A stretch of DNA of 54,110 nucleotides, from IMG/VR virus record IMGVR_UViG_3300012924_000012, positions 1 to 54,110 of that record. The stretch is one strand, 5' to 3'. The stretch comes from a virus (lineage: Duplodnaviria; Caudoviricetes). Under the pieces are notes generated by a model. The model ran no database searches, was not told the origin of the DNA, and worked only from the letters and a program-made list of their open reading frames with translations. The position numbers and the translations under genes are program-made. Positions 17,666-27,327 of the stretch are shown in pieces (positions within the stretch are counted from its first letter, which is position 1; each line of letters begins with the position of its first letter).

Positions 17666-18775
17666 ATGGCATCAATTATCCAGACTGGCAACAAATGGCG
17701 CGCTCAAGTTCGCCGCGCTGGTCAACCTGTACAGACTAAGACTCATGACACGGAAAAAGAGGCTAAAAAGTGGGCTGCTGCGATTGAAGTCGAGATTGAC
17801 TCAGGAAAGCGGGTAGGCATCCATGGCAAGACGGGCGTCACACTTGCACAGGCGATTGACCGCTATCTTGATGAACACAAGAGCAGTGGGCGAACGGCTG
17901 GGGATATCCTTAGATACCTTAGAGATGGTATGGGTAAAATTTACCTAGAAAAAATGACTGATCAAGACATCGTAAACTACATCAATTCTAAGGGTTTCAG
18001 TGCTGCCTCTGGAGCCTTACATTTTGCATTTTTGCGTACAGTTTTGAAGATGGCAAAAGTCGGTTGGAACTATCATGTTCCTGATATTTTAGACTCCGCA
18101 AGGGATCGATTAAAAATTCTCAAGCTGATCGGAAAATCTACTGAACGAGATCGCAGACCAACAGAAGATGAGTTAGAGAGACTCATCAATTTTAATGGTT
18201 ATCCATCTACTATGCCAATGGGTGACATCATTCGTTTTGCTGTTTCCAGCACGATGCGACAAGCAGAAATTACTAGAATTAAACACTCGACTTTTAATGA
18301 AGTTGAACAAACAATCGTCATTACTGATCGAAAACATCCCACTAAAAAAATGGGAAATAATAAGATAGTTCCTTTACTTCAAGAGTCCATTGATATCATA
18401 AAAAGACAAAACAAAAAAGAAGGAAATGATAATGTTTTTCCATTCCCTCCAACCTATATTGGTAATTTATTTTGTACTGCTTGCAATGCATTAGGAATTG
18501 TCGATTTACATTTTCATGATCTACGCCATGAAGGGGCAAGCCGATTGTTTGAAATGGGTTATAAAATAGAAGAAGTTGCTATGTTTACTGGTCATGAAGA
18601 TTGGTCTATGTTGAAACGATATACACATCTCAAGGCTAAGGACATCCGCAGATTGAAGGCTGTAAAGACAGAACCGGCAAAGTCTGAACCGGCTGAAATG
18701 GACGCTGAAACCATGAAGCAATTCAAACAGTTTCAAGCGATGATGGCAATGATGAAGCAGAATGAAACTGCCTAA
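17666..18775 (+). CDS. int: Tyrosine integrase (Rci-like branch)
   Basis: WRAQVRR N-terminus; MRQAEI; FHDLRHEG; GHEDWSMLKRY. Confidence 0.95.
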   Translation: MASIIQTGNKWRAQVRRAGQPVQTKTHDTEKEAKKWAAAIEVEIDSGKRVGIHGKTGVTLAQAIDRYLDEHKSSGRTAGDILRYLRDGMGKIYLEKMTDQDIVNYINSKGFSAASGALHFAFLRTVLKMAKVGWNYHVPDILDSARDRLKILKLIGKSTERDRRPTEDELERLINFNGYPSTMPMGDIIRFAVSSTMRQAEITRIKHSTFNEVEQTIVITDRKHPTKKMGNNKIVPLLQESIDIIKRQNKKEGNDNVFPFPPTYIGNLFCTACNALGIVDLHFHDLRHEGASRLFEMGYKIEEVAMFTGHEDWSMLKRYTHLKAKDIRRLKAVKTEPAKSEPAEMDAETMKQFKQFQAMMAMMKQNETA

Positions 18776-19001
18776 CAAGGAGGATGGAATGAGGAAGATA
18801 AGGCAACGTATTTATATTGATTACTGGATTCTTTTGTTCAGTTTTGTATTTAATATAGGCTGTATTTTTATGAACATAAATTTTCCATCTCCCTATTTTC
18901 CAGACGTACTTTTGTTTATAAATTCTATCTCTCTAACATTTAACTTGTATAGTTTTTGGACGATTATTCGCCGGAAGTTACAGGCCCGTAAAATCCGTTG
19001 A
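18762..19001 (+). CDS. Small membrane protein
   Basis: Two hydrophobic segments; AT-rich. Confidence 0.45.
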   Translation: MKLPNKEDGMRKIRQRIYIDYWILLFSFVFNIGCIFMNINFPSPYFPDVLLFINSISLTFNLYSFWTIIRRKLQARKIR

Positions 19002-19497
19002 GACGAATCCAAGCTTGACAGGATCGGGCTACTTCTGTAACTCGGTCGGCTTCGGCGGCGAGTTCAAGAAGATCGTTTGAAGTCTGTTCAGGAAGTGCGA
19101 TTGTTCCGGTAGTGTAATCATTATGTCCACTGTTGCTTGTGGCTTCGGTAGTGGTTCCAGCGGAACCACTACAGATTGAACGGGACACGCGCAAGCCGCC
19201 AGCAGCACGTATAGCGGTAACGTCATTAACATACTTCTGTTGAAGTGCATTTAAAGCCCTTTCATGGTCATCTGAGACCTTCCTAGCGTCTGCATCCTGC
19301 CGCGCTTTCAAATCCACAATGATTTTCTCATGGTCCGCTGTAAGCTTTTCCTGAGCCATCAATAAGTGGACTTTAGAGGCATCCCAAGCGGCCTGTACGC
19401 TGTTTTCTCCAACATGATGACCATAGAAGAATACAGCCAACAATAACGCCGTTATAGCCCCAATTTTAGCTAATAGAAGGTAGGCAGAAGGTATCAC
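18964..19497 (-). CDS. i-spanin (Rz-like)
   Basis: N-terminal TM, coiled coil, EADRVTEVARSCQAWI. Confidence 0.8.
   Translation of the reverse strand: MIPSAYLLLAKIGAITALLLAVFFYGHHVGENSVQAAWDASKVHLLMAQEKLTADHEKIIVDLKARQDADARKVSDDHERALNALQQKYVNDVTAIRAAGGLRVSRSICSGSAGTTTEATSNSGHNDYTTGTIALPEQTSNDLLELAAEADRVTEVARSCQAWIRLNGFYGPVTSGE
19029..19250 (-). CDS. o-spanin (Rz1-like lipoprotein) nested in Rz
   Basis: Lipobox LLAAC, Pro-rich, fully embedded in an alternate frame. Confidence 0.7.
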   Translation of the reverse strand: MHFNRSMLMTLPLYVLLAACACPVQSVVVPLEPLPKPQATVDIMITLPEQSHFLNRLQTIFLNSPPKPTELQK

Positions 19498-19721
19498 TTG
19501 TTCTCCAGTCCCTTGTCGGTCTTGAAGCGTAGAAGTATGTTTGCAATCAACACTATCAGGCCGATCTTTTTGTATAAACTATCGGGTACATATTGCGAAA
19601 TTTCGCCGAGGGATGAATGGAATAAATCAAGCAATCCTATGATGGAAAGTAAAATACCATTGAACCAAATCACCGTACTTTTATAGGATTTTTTAAGTTT
19701 ATTAAACATGATTTTCCTCAC
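19494..19721 (-). CDS. Holin-like two-TM protein
   Basis: Two TMs, basic termini, inside lysis cassette. Confidence 0.6.
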   Translation of the reverse strand: MRKIMFNKLKKSYKSTVIWFNGILLSIIGLLDLFHSSLGEISQYVPDSLYKKIGLIVLIANILLRFKTDKGLENK

Positions 19722-20142
19722 TTAGAAAAAGTAATTTTTCAGCAGCGCGACGGTGAACCAAACCATCTACAATCATCCCATTATCTCTATTCCATTTAGA
19801 AAATTCGTTTGCTGCTCCAAGATAGTTTCCAGAGTTAAGAATCCTAAGCAATGTAGACCGTCTTAGGCTCCAATAACCAAGGTTAAAGGTGAACGAGACA
19901 AGTGCATCAAACTGGTTTTGAGTAAGGGAAACTTTGACCAATTTATTGACATCATCTTGTGCAGATTGGATATCACTTAGTAGCCATTCATCGGCCTGAT
20001 CTTGAGTACATTCCATGTACCTTTTAATGCCATTTGTATGCCCATAACCAATAGTCCAGACTCCACCACTATCGAGATAAGAAACTAGCTTACATCCTTC
20101 AAATTCCTTGGTAAGTTCTAACCCATTTTTTGAAATAATCAC
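19702..20142 (-). CDS. Endolysin, GH24 lysozyme
   Basis: EFEG...YLDSGGVWTIGYGHT; QFDALVSFTFNLG; GLVHRRAAE. Confidence 0.95.
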   Translation of the reverse strand: MIISKNGLELTKEFEGCKLVSYLDSGGVWTIGYGHTNGIKRYMECTQDQADEWLLSDIQSAQDDVNKLVKVSLTQNQFDALVSFTFNLGYWSLRRSTLLRILNSGNYLGAANEFSKWNRDNGMIVDGLVHRRAAEKLLFLSEENHV

Positions 20143-20423
20143 TTGATTTTCCCTTTCTCAATGGAATCTATTCTTAGATTTATAATCTCCTCATTCCTAC
20201 GTATATCATACCCATCTTTAATTAGCCTATCTAGCTTTGCATCGCGCTCAATGTTATAGCGTTCTGTCTTATCTGACTGTATTACAAGTTGGTCTAATTT
20301 GTTACCTTGAGATGCAACATTCCATAAGACTGAACCTAGTAAAAAAAGTACGGTTGCCGCACTTGAAATGAGCCATGTTAAAGGAATTTTGTTATCAAAA
20401 GAAATTCTTCGACGATCATCCAT
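20139..20423 (-). CDS. One-TM coiled-coil protein (holin/antiholin candidate)
   Basis: TM plus coiled coil just upstream of endolysin. Confidence 0.55.
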   Translation of the reverse strand: MDDRRRISFDNKIPLTWLISSAATVLFLLGSVLWNVASQGNKLDQLVIQSDKTERYNIERDAKLDRLIKDGYDIRRNEEIINLRIDSIEKGKIK

Positions 20424-20486
20424 GATTAGCCAAATATGTAGTTAATAATGATATTTTACTGATCTATCTAAGTTTGTTTTATCCTC

Positions 20487-21413
20487 TTACCACCAGTAGA
20501 TACGGCATATCCCATTTCCACCATTCCCACCTAATGCCGTCGCTGTAGCACCAGCACCAGCACCACCGCCGCCACCGCCCGGAAAGCCTCCATTACCACC
20601 CGCGTTACCCGTTCCCGATGTACTTCCCCCACCACCATTCCCACCGCTACCAGATAGATTGATGTTCGGCGCATCGATACCATTAGCACCAGCACCAGCC
20701 CCGCCAGAGCCTGTAGCAGCAATAATAACTACTCCACTAACGCCACCACTACCACCATTATTTGTTGCTGCGGCATCACCACCGTTACCACCGCCACCGG
20801 GACCAAATAAAGACCCTCCACCTCCTGCACCTGCACCATTTGCACATTGAGCGCCAGCACCGCCGCCATACTCTGCTGAACCGTTTGTTCCCCCAGGAGA
20901 CATACCACCGGAACTTGGAGAACCACCAAAACTCATACCAAAGCTAACCGATCCTGTAGTTGTAGCAGCCGGAAATCCACCCAATCCAGAAGTCGCACCA
21001 GTAGCCCCAACAGTACCAGCAGAACCAGCACCGCCTCCACCGCCTCCCGTACCACTAGCAACACCTTTAGCACCACCACCCCCGCCAAATGCAGATACAA
21101 ATGAACCAAATGAAGTCGTCCCACCGGTAGCGCCTGCTGTTAAACTCCCTGCCCCTCCTGTACCTATGGTTACTGTTACAGGCGCAGTAATTAAAGATGC
21201 CGGAATGAGTTTGAAAACCCTTGCACCACCACCGCCTCCCGCACCTCCGTTAATTGAAACAGTCGCACCACCACCACCACCACCGCCTCCCGTAAGGTCT
21301 ACAAGATACATAGTTGCACCTGCTTGCGGTTGGAATGTTCCACCTGTCGTAAACGATAGAGAATTAAATCCATTTGATAAAACTATCGGAAATCCATATA
21401 AACCGAAGTTCAT
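20487..21413 (-). CDS. Glycine-rich tail fibre/tip protein
   Basis: GGGGG runs, VTVTIGTGG, terminal GNGICRIYWW. Confidence 0.8.
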   Translation of the reverse strand: MNFGLYGFPIVLSNGFNSLSFTTGGTFQPQAGATMYLVDLTGGGGGGGGATVSINGGAGGGGGARVFKLIPASLITAPVTVTIGTGGAGSLTAGATGGTTSFGSFVSAFGGGGGAKGVASGTGGGGGGAGSAGTVGATGATSGLGGFPAATTTGSVSFGMSFGGSPSSGGMSPGGTNGSAEYGGGAGAQCANGAGAGGGGSLFGPGGGGNGGDAAATNNGGSGGVSGVVIIAATGSGGAGAGANGIDAPNINLSGSGGNGGGGSTSGTGNAGGNGGFPGGGGGGAGAGATATALGGNGGNGICRIYWW

Positions 21414-22075
21414 GAGAAATCTCCACAATTAGTAGAATCGATATAATAAGTTTCTGCATTATTTGTACTTGCTCTTAGGCTATGCCCTGCATCTAAAATG
21501 AGTGGCATATAACCAGTATCAGCAGCATTTGCAGTTGAAATAGTAGTTGAATAAACCGCTACTGATGTACTAGGCGTGATAGCAGGAACTAGAATTTCCC
21601 GCCATAATTGAGTGACTGGAATTGCAGGCGTAGTAGAATATGATCCGATAGTTGACGCTGTTAAAACAGTCGGCGTACTAGCCATAATATAAGTAAAAGT
21701 AGATGCACCAGTTACTATTACAGCTACGCCACTAACGTTATAATTAAATGGAAAACATCCTTGCATCGTCACTAAATCGCCTGTCGTCATACCATGTGCA
21801 ATAGAGGTCGTAACCGTTGCCGTAGTGCCTACTCCGGTAACTGAGGTAATTGCAGCCCCTACTCTACCTTGCGTAATGAATAGTCGTACTACATTAACAG
21901 TAGTCGTACCTCCAGCAATAATTTGAATTCGATCAAAGCGCCTTCCATTACCCGGAGTTCCGGGAGCAGTAGCAACAATTCCTAATGTGCCGGTTCCGTC
22001 GCGTGCGGTATTAGCTACTGAAATTGTTACTAAGGGAGTGCGTGGGATATTTACATATTGCGCTTGGGCTGTCAT
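21410..22075 (-). CDS. Tail fibre-associated structural protein
   Basis: Thr/Val-rich beta structure; ANTARDGTGT; TATVTTSIAHG. Confidence 0.7.
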   Translation of the reverse strand: MTAQAQYVNIPRTPLVTISVANTARDGTGTLGIVATAPGTPGNGRRFDRIQIIAGGTTTVNVVRLFITQGRVGAAITSVTGVGTTATVTTSIAHGMTTGDLVTMQGCFPFNYNVSGVAVIVTGASTFTYIMASTPTVLTASTIGSYSTTPAIPVTQLWREILVPAITPSTSVAVYSTTISTANAADTGYMPLILDAGHSLRASTNNAETYYIDSTNCGDFS

Positions 22076-22594
22076 TTAAATTATTCCTTGTTGAAATAGG
22101 AGAAAATCAGGTGCGCCAGATTGTCCACCAGAACCACCATTAGCTAATGGAAGTTGACCGATTACGTTAATAGCTAGATTAATAAATGTCCAAAATGCAT
22201 TAGTCCCATCTGTAGAAACAAACTTCCCAGCATTCCCGGTTTGATCTGGTAACGCTGTATCAAATGCAATGTTATTTACAAATTCTGTAGTAGCTAACTG
22301 CGTCGTATTCGTTCCAGTCGGTTGTGTAATACCTGTGGTAGTTGAATCAATAGTTGATCCGACAATGCTTCCACCTGAAAATATAGAACCCATTATCGTT
22401 GCACCAGTAATAGTCAATCCCGGTGCAATAGAAATGAGTGCAGTTAAAGAGGTAATATCACTGTTGACGCCATTCTTTGCTGCATTTGCATTTACATTAG
22501 ATGCAATAGCATTTAAATCTGTCATTACTTGCCCAGCATCTGCGACGGTTCCATTAAGTAATTGGATCGGTAAAGGAACTGTTATGATCGACAT
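22076..22594 (-). CDS. Tail fibre proximal protein
   Basis: NGTVADAGQVM; TNTTQLATTEFV; QLPLANGG. Confidence 0.7.
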   Translation of the reverse strand: MSIITVPLPIQLLNGTVADAGQVMTDLNAIASNVNANAAKNGVNSDITSLTALISIAPGLTITGATIMGSIFSGGSIVGSTIDSTTTGITQPTGTNTTQLATTEFVNNIAFDTALPDQTGNAGKFVSTDGTNAFWTFINLAINVIGQLPLANGGSGGQSGAPDFLLFQQGII

Positions 22595-22608
22595 TTTTTA
22601 TTTCTCCC

Positions 22609-22634
22609 CAAAAAAAAACCGCCCGAAGGCGGTC
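22609..22634 (-). terminator. Intrinsic terminator
   Basis: ACCGCC-TTCG-GGCGGT plus T tract. Confidence 0.8.
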
Positions 22635-22654
22635 TTGCTGGTTATCTATTTAAA

Positions 22655-23959
22655 TCAATATGAAATTGTCTTGCAATATCCCAATTTTTGAAGTTCTGGA
22701 AGTTCTTTCTTCAGCCGGTCGCCAATATCAATCCGGTATCCTGGACTATTTGGGATATCAATTTCTTTGATGACTTCATAGGCTTTTTTAGACGATCCTG
22801 ATACCGTATTGGCTATTCCTGTAGCGACTAGAAGATAGTTACCAGCAGAGACCCATGTAGGAAGATCGATTAGCTTGCTTCCTATAATATGTGAACAAGT
22901 TCCAGCCATGATTTCCGCAGGATGTATATGTTCGTTATGATCGCAGTAGATCGGGATACCGCAATTTTCATCCCTTGGCTTGACGTTAAAAGGGAAGTCC
23001 CCCATTGTTACCACTACTCCTGTACAGATTCCTTTTTTTGTCTCTAAGGTATCGTATCCGTCCAATAAATCAGCCATCCATTCGGCAGGGTCGCTATCAT
23101 GTAGGGAAGTGATAATTTGCTTGTGTGGCCAGCCAAATCTTGCCGTTACTTCTAAAGGCCAAGCAGCATCTTTATCAACAATCGCCGCAGCATCCATATA
23201 GCCGGTATATCCGATGCTATGCAAATAGTCTGATAACGGTAAAAGGATTTCTCTAGCAAGCTTTTCAGCTTTTGTATAGTAAATTACCGTTCCTTGCTCC
23301 CCTGTATTGCATGATAGGTTTCCTGTCAAAAATTTCTTATGTTCAAAATTGATATTGAAATTCTCAGAAAATCCATGCTTACCAAACCACCCACCGACAG
23401 CGACCTCTATACCTGGCTTAAACTCTTGGAGAATGAAAGGCTGCTGCAATTTTCCTTTTTTCTTCCAGCGCCTTAGCATTTCTCGCATGTCACCCGCATC
23501 CTTTGATACGTAAGATAAGGCTTTGTCAGCATCGCCACTTGGCTTTGAGACATATCGTTTATTGGCATTCTTTTCAACAAATTTGATAGCATCATCATAG
23601 GAATGAAACGTTTTATACTCCATGATAGGGACACCGGCTTGCTTCCACACATCCTGTCCAATGCTTCGGTTTAGCTCCATTTCAGCACCCGCTACGTTCG
23701 GGCCGAAGATTGGATAGCCTAGCTTCCTATATGGTTCTAGTGCGACCATGTAACGGGTATTGTCTGATGTAAGGATGAGGTCGCTCGCCCCCATCCACTT
23801 CTGCCATTCGTTGACTTTTTCCACTAAACCATCACCGATTGGTAGGCGTTCACCATTTTTACCGGGAGCAATAAACCATCTCACTGTATGACCCGCAGCG
23901 ATACAGCGTAAGGCGAAATCGAGGAAATTACCGCCTACGTCTATGAGTAGTATTCTCAT
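22655..23959 (-). CDS. Divergent PurD/GARS-like ATP-grasp ligase
   Basis: PIFGP, YVSKPSG, ILQEFKPGIEV, EHKK...NTGEQG, LEVTARFGWP. Confidence 0.8.
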   Translation of the reverse strand: MRILLIDVGGNFLDFALRCIAAGHTVRWFIAPGKNGERLPIGDGLVEKVNEWQKWMGASDLILTSDNTRYMVALEPYRKLGYPIFGPNVAGAEMELNRSIGQDVWKQAGVPIMEYKTFHSYDDAIKFVEKNANKRYVSKPSGDADKALSYVSKDAGDMREMLRRWKKKGKLQQPFILQEFKPGIEVAVGGWFGKHGFSENFNINFEHKKFLTGNLSCNTGEQGTVIYYTKAEKLAREILLPLSDYLHSIGYTGYMDAAAIVDKDAAWPLEVTARFGWPHKQIITSLHDSDPAEWMADLLDGYDTLETKKGICTGVVVTMGDFPFNVKPRDENCGIPIYCDHNEHIHPAEIMAGTCSHIIGSKLIDLPTWVSAGNYLLVATGIANTVSGSSKKAYEVIKEIDIPNSPGYRIDIGDRLKKELPELQKLGYCKTISY

Positions 23960-25605
23960 TGTTTATTATCCTGTGGCGGTTTAGGAATTCCCAGGTAAGC
24001 GTACGGATCGGTTACCGCTCCCGCTGGAAGCGTATAGCCTAATCCTGGCTTGTAAGTTGGTGGTTTGAGGTTTGCATTTTGATACCAGTCCGAAAGCAGA
24101 ATAGGTTTTACCAAAGGCCGCGCAACGGTACTTGCTACACCTAGCGCACCATGTCCTAATCCGGCTAGCATAGCGGCTTTTCCTACGTCAAGATTTGATA
24201 TTTTTTCACTCGCTGTTGCTGGAAGGGTATCAACATCGCGTAGCTGTTTCGGGAAGGCAGTATAGGATTCAGCGACGTTTTTAAGCCCTCCTGTAAGCGT
24301 TCCTTGCTTCTGCCATAGCTTGGCTAAGGATCGAGCCGAGACGTTGCCTGTAGCATCGTTTAAGGCTCCCTCGACGGCGTACGTTTGGGCTATCGTCTTC
24401 CGCGCACTGGCTAGATTGGTTGCAAGTTTAGACTGAAAATTATTGACTCCTAGCGGTGCTTTCATGGCTAGGTTTTCATCAATCAGATTGTCAATCGCCT
24501 TGGCTGCATTTAGCTGTGCCTCGCCTAAAGCTTGCTGATTTGGCTTATCAAAAGCTTTCAGGTTTGCGTTGCCATCGTATCGCAATTTTTTCTGCATCTG
24601 GATGGCTGCATCAGACGAAAACTGGGGTTTTGACAGCGTTTTAGTCAGTTTTTCAATCTCTGCATCCTTGAAATATTCAGGAAATTCCGACCTTGCCTTG
24701 TCGAATTTACTATTAGGATTTGACAATGCATCTTTGAAAGCTTTGGTCGTCTGAAGTTGTGGAACGGCTGTTTTTACAGCTTCGTAGGCATCCCCTGCCT
24801 TATCCCGAATGTCATTCAGTGACGACTTGCTAATCGCTTCATCGGCTGGCAAACCAAGCTCAGTTTTAATCTGAGAATTCGTAACACGTTGGTTCTTGTA
24901 GGACGATCCATAATCAAGTTTTGTGCTACCCACTTCCCCTTGGAAGAAGCTACTCAACGGACCCGTGTTGCGTGCTACCGAAGGAGGAAAAACATAGCCT
25001 TGACCGCGAGCCTGTGCGAGCGCGGCATCAGCGGGAGCATTCTGTAATTTCTGTTTCGCTAGGCTTGCTTCCTCCCCCGTAAGACGCGCTACTGCCCTTC
25101 CTTTAAGCCCAGGCGCTATGAAGCCCGGAGCTTGATTGATAACCTCTCTAAGCGCATCTGCACCCATGGAACGAGCCGTATTGCTACGATCACCTGCGGC
25201 AATGTTCGCGGCCACATCGGCTACCTTTCCTATACCTTTTCCAGCTAAGGCCAGCGGGTTGTACTCAGCCGCCATCTTTCCGGCTTCTGTACGTGGCTGA
25301 TAGGTCAAGGCATTTTGTACGTAGTTCTTGAACCCTTGCGGGTCTCCACCACCGGGCGTTGGTGAAATCATTTCTTTGCCCACGGCAGCAAGCCCCGCGA
25401 CATCGGAAAGAGGTTTAGCAATGGTTCCTGATGCAAGATTGCCGATTGCTTCCAGCGGACCTAAGACGTTTGCAGCCTTAGACAAGAATGACGATTTTTC
25501 TACCTCTTTAGGCGTGGCAGGGCTTGCTAGGCTCCCGAAATCGTAACTTTTAGCAGCAGGCTTTTTTACTGGTGAAGCCAAGTCACCGAAATCATAATCT
25601 GCCAT
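23956..25605 (-). CDS. DNA ejection / internal virion protein
   Basis: Ala-rich helical protein; third of three ejection-like genes. Confidence 0.65.
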   Translation of the reverse strand: MADYDFGDLASPVKKPAAKSYDFGSLASPATPKEVEKSSFLSKAANVLGPLEAIGNLASGTIAKPLSDVAGLAAVGKEMISPTPGGGDPQGFKNYVQNALTYQPRTEAGKMAAEYNPLALAGKGIGKVADVAANIAAGDRSNTARSMGADALREVINQAPGFIAPGLKGRAVARLTGEEASLAKQKLQNAPADAALAQARGQGYVFPPSVARNTGPLSSFFQGEVGSTKLDYGSSYKNQRVTNSQIKTELGLPADEAISKSSLNDIRDKAGDAYEAVKTAVPQLQTTKAFKDALSNPNSKFDKARSEFPEYFKDAEIEKLTKTLSKPQFSSDAAIQMQKKLRYDGNANLKAFDKPNQQALGEAQLNAAKAIDNLIDENLAMKAPLGVNNFQSKLATNLASARKTIAQTYAVEGALNDATGNVSARSLAKLWQKQGTLTGGLKNVAESYTAFPKQLRDVDTLPATASEKISNLDVGKAAMLAGLGHGALGVASTVARPLVKPILLSDWYQNANLKPPTYKPGLGYTLPAGAVTDPYAYLGIPKPPQDNKQ

Positions 25606-27317
25606 TAGTTCACCGTATGGGGATTGCCGGATGGATCAGTAAATGTATCGCCTTTTTTTACTTTTCCTGCTGCGATAGCTGCTTTAAGTTCTGCTTGGTT
25701 TGAAAATACCAATGCACCCGGCTGTGCTGTCTGCCCTCCTACCTGTGCCGTATCGCGTGGGCGACCAATAGCGAGATTTCGCAATTCTTGTGCTGTTTGT
25801 CCGGGAGCCTGTTTAGCTGCATCAATTTCTTTCATAATTACATCAACACCAGCTTTATATTGTCCTTTACTAAAATTGGTTTCCAATATTTCTCGTGCAT
25901 GATCTTTATCACTGACAGTTGGTGTTCCAGATGGACTAACTGCACGAGCATATGCGTTAATCAATGAATTATTATATGAGCCAAATGCTACTACATCAGG
26001 ATTGCCTATCCTCTTTTCTCCAGATATCAGTATCTTATTCAGGTCAGGAAATTGAGTACGATCTACTTTTTCAGATGCATCAAGAGCATTCTGTGCAAAT
26101 GTTTTAGCTTCATTACCAGCCATACCGATATTCGCTGTTTTAGTGGCTAATGTTTTTTCTCCCGATATCAATCCCGCAAATTCAGCGGTTGTTGCAGCAA
26201 GTTGAGCACCGGTTATTCCTTGCTCTTTTGCTTTTCGTGTAACAGCAGAACGAATTGAGGCTATAGCCTTTGGATCGCGTCCAAGACCTGTTAAAACACT
26301 TTTATCGCCTGCTAATACCTGATCAGCGATCAAATCATAGTCATCTTTATTTAATATTCCACCAGCAGCAATTTTATTTTTTAATGTCGATGACCTTGTA
26401 TTAGCATTCTGTTGCGCGATATTCCCCATCATTACACCTAGCATCTGGCGAGTTTGATTTGCAGCCGCTGCGGCAGATTGTCGTTCAGAAACAGACAATT
26501 TACGGTCTTCAGAAGCTTTATCTGCCTCGCGTGCTTTTTCTTGTAATGCTTGTACTTTATTCTGTTGATCCATCTGCGTTTTTAAACTAGCTGCTTCTTG
26601 CCGTGCATCATTATTCAAATATGGCGTCAACTTATCTAATATTTGCATCGCTGTCGTAGGGTCGCTAATACCCTGATCCTTGATGAATTTTGCGGCATCT
26701 TGGATACTCATCTGTCCGGGCGGTTGTGCGTTCGCCTGTTGCGGTGGTGGCGGGATACCTTGTTGCTGTTGCGGTGGCATTTGTGGCCGTACCGTTTGGT
26801 AAGGCGGTATCTGTCCCTGTGGCGGCATCGAGGGGCGTTGCATGCCCTGTTGTGGCATCCCTTGCGGCATTTGCTGCTGTGGCCCTCCTGGCGGCATACC
26901 CTGCGGCGGACCTTGAGGTGGCATTCCTTGAGGTGGACCGCCTTGTTGTGCGCCTTGTGGCGGCAGCTGTGATGGTGGACCGATAGAACGTTGTACAGGT
27001 GGATATTGTTGTGTTTGTTGTGGCTGCATCATCCGTACAGATGGTTGCCCAGGCGCGGGCGTTTGGCCGGTTGGCGGTGGCGCACCGATCCCTTGCACTC
27101 CCTGTCCGAACTGAGCTAGATAATCCAATGTTGATTTATCAACTTGAGACTGGCGTTGTCGTTGTTGCTTGGCTTGATCGGATAAATCCTGAATCTGAGC
27201 CAAATTCGCTTTATCAGCTTCAATTTTTAACTTAGCAGCTTCCCGTTGATCGAGATATGTTTGATAATTTTGTTGGCCTTGAAAAGCAGCACCTAAATTC
27301 CCAAGAAAATTTGCCAT
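25605..27317 (-). CDS. DNA ejection protein with Q/P-rich region
   Basis: PPQG repeats; helical C-terminus; position. Confidence 0.65.
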   Translation of the reverse strand: MANFLGNLGAAFQGQQNYQTYLDQREAAKLKIEADKANLAQIQDLSDQAKQQRQRQSQVDKSTLDYLAQFGQGVQGIGAPPPTGQTPAPGQPSVRMMQPQQTQQYPPVQRSIGPPSQLPPQGAQQGGPPQGMPPQGPPQGMPPGGPQQQMPQGMPQQGMQRPSMPPQGQIPPYQTVRPQMPPQQQQGIPPPPQQANAQPPGQMSIQDAAKFIKDQGISDPTTAMQILDKLTPYLNNDARQEAASLKTQMDQQNKVQALQEKAREADKASEDRKLSVSERQSAAAAANQTRQMLGVMMGNIAQQNANTRSSTLKNKIAAGGILNKDDYDLIADQVLAGDKSVLTGLGRDPKAIASIRSAVTRKAKEQGITGAQLAATTAEFAGLISGEKTLATKTANIGMAGNEAKTFAQNALDASEKVDRTQFPDLNKILISGEKRIGNPDVVAFGSYNNSLINAYARAVSPSGTPTVSDKDHAREILETNFSKGQYKAGVDVIMKEIDAAKQAPGQTAQELRNLAIGRPRDTAQVGGQTAQPGALVFSNQAELKAAIAAGKVKKGDTFTDPSGNPHTVN

Positions 27318-27327
27318 TTTTTATTCC

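Noticed and set aside
22655-23959. Labelling the gene purD as an auxiliary metabolic gene
   Set aside because: Substrate motifs have diverged and the context is structural, so the symbol was withheld
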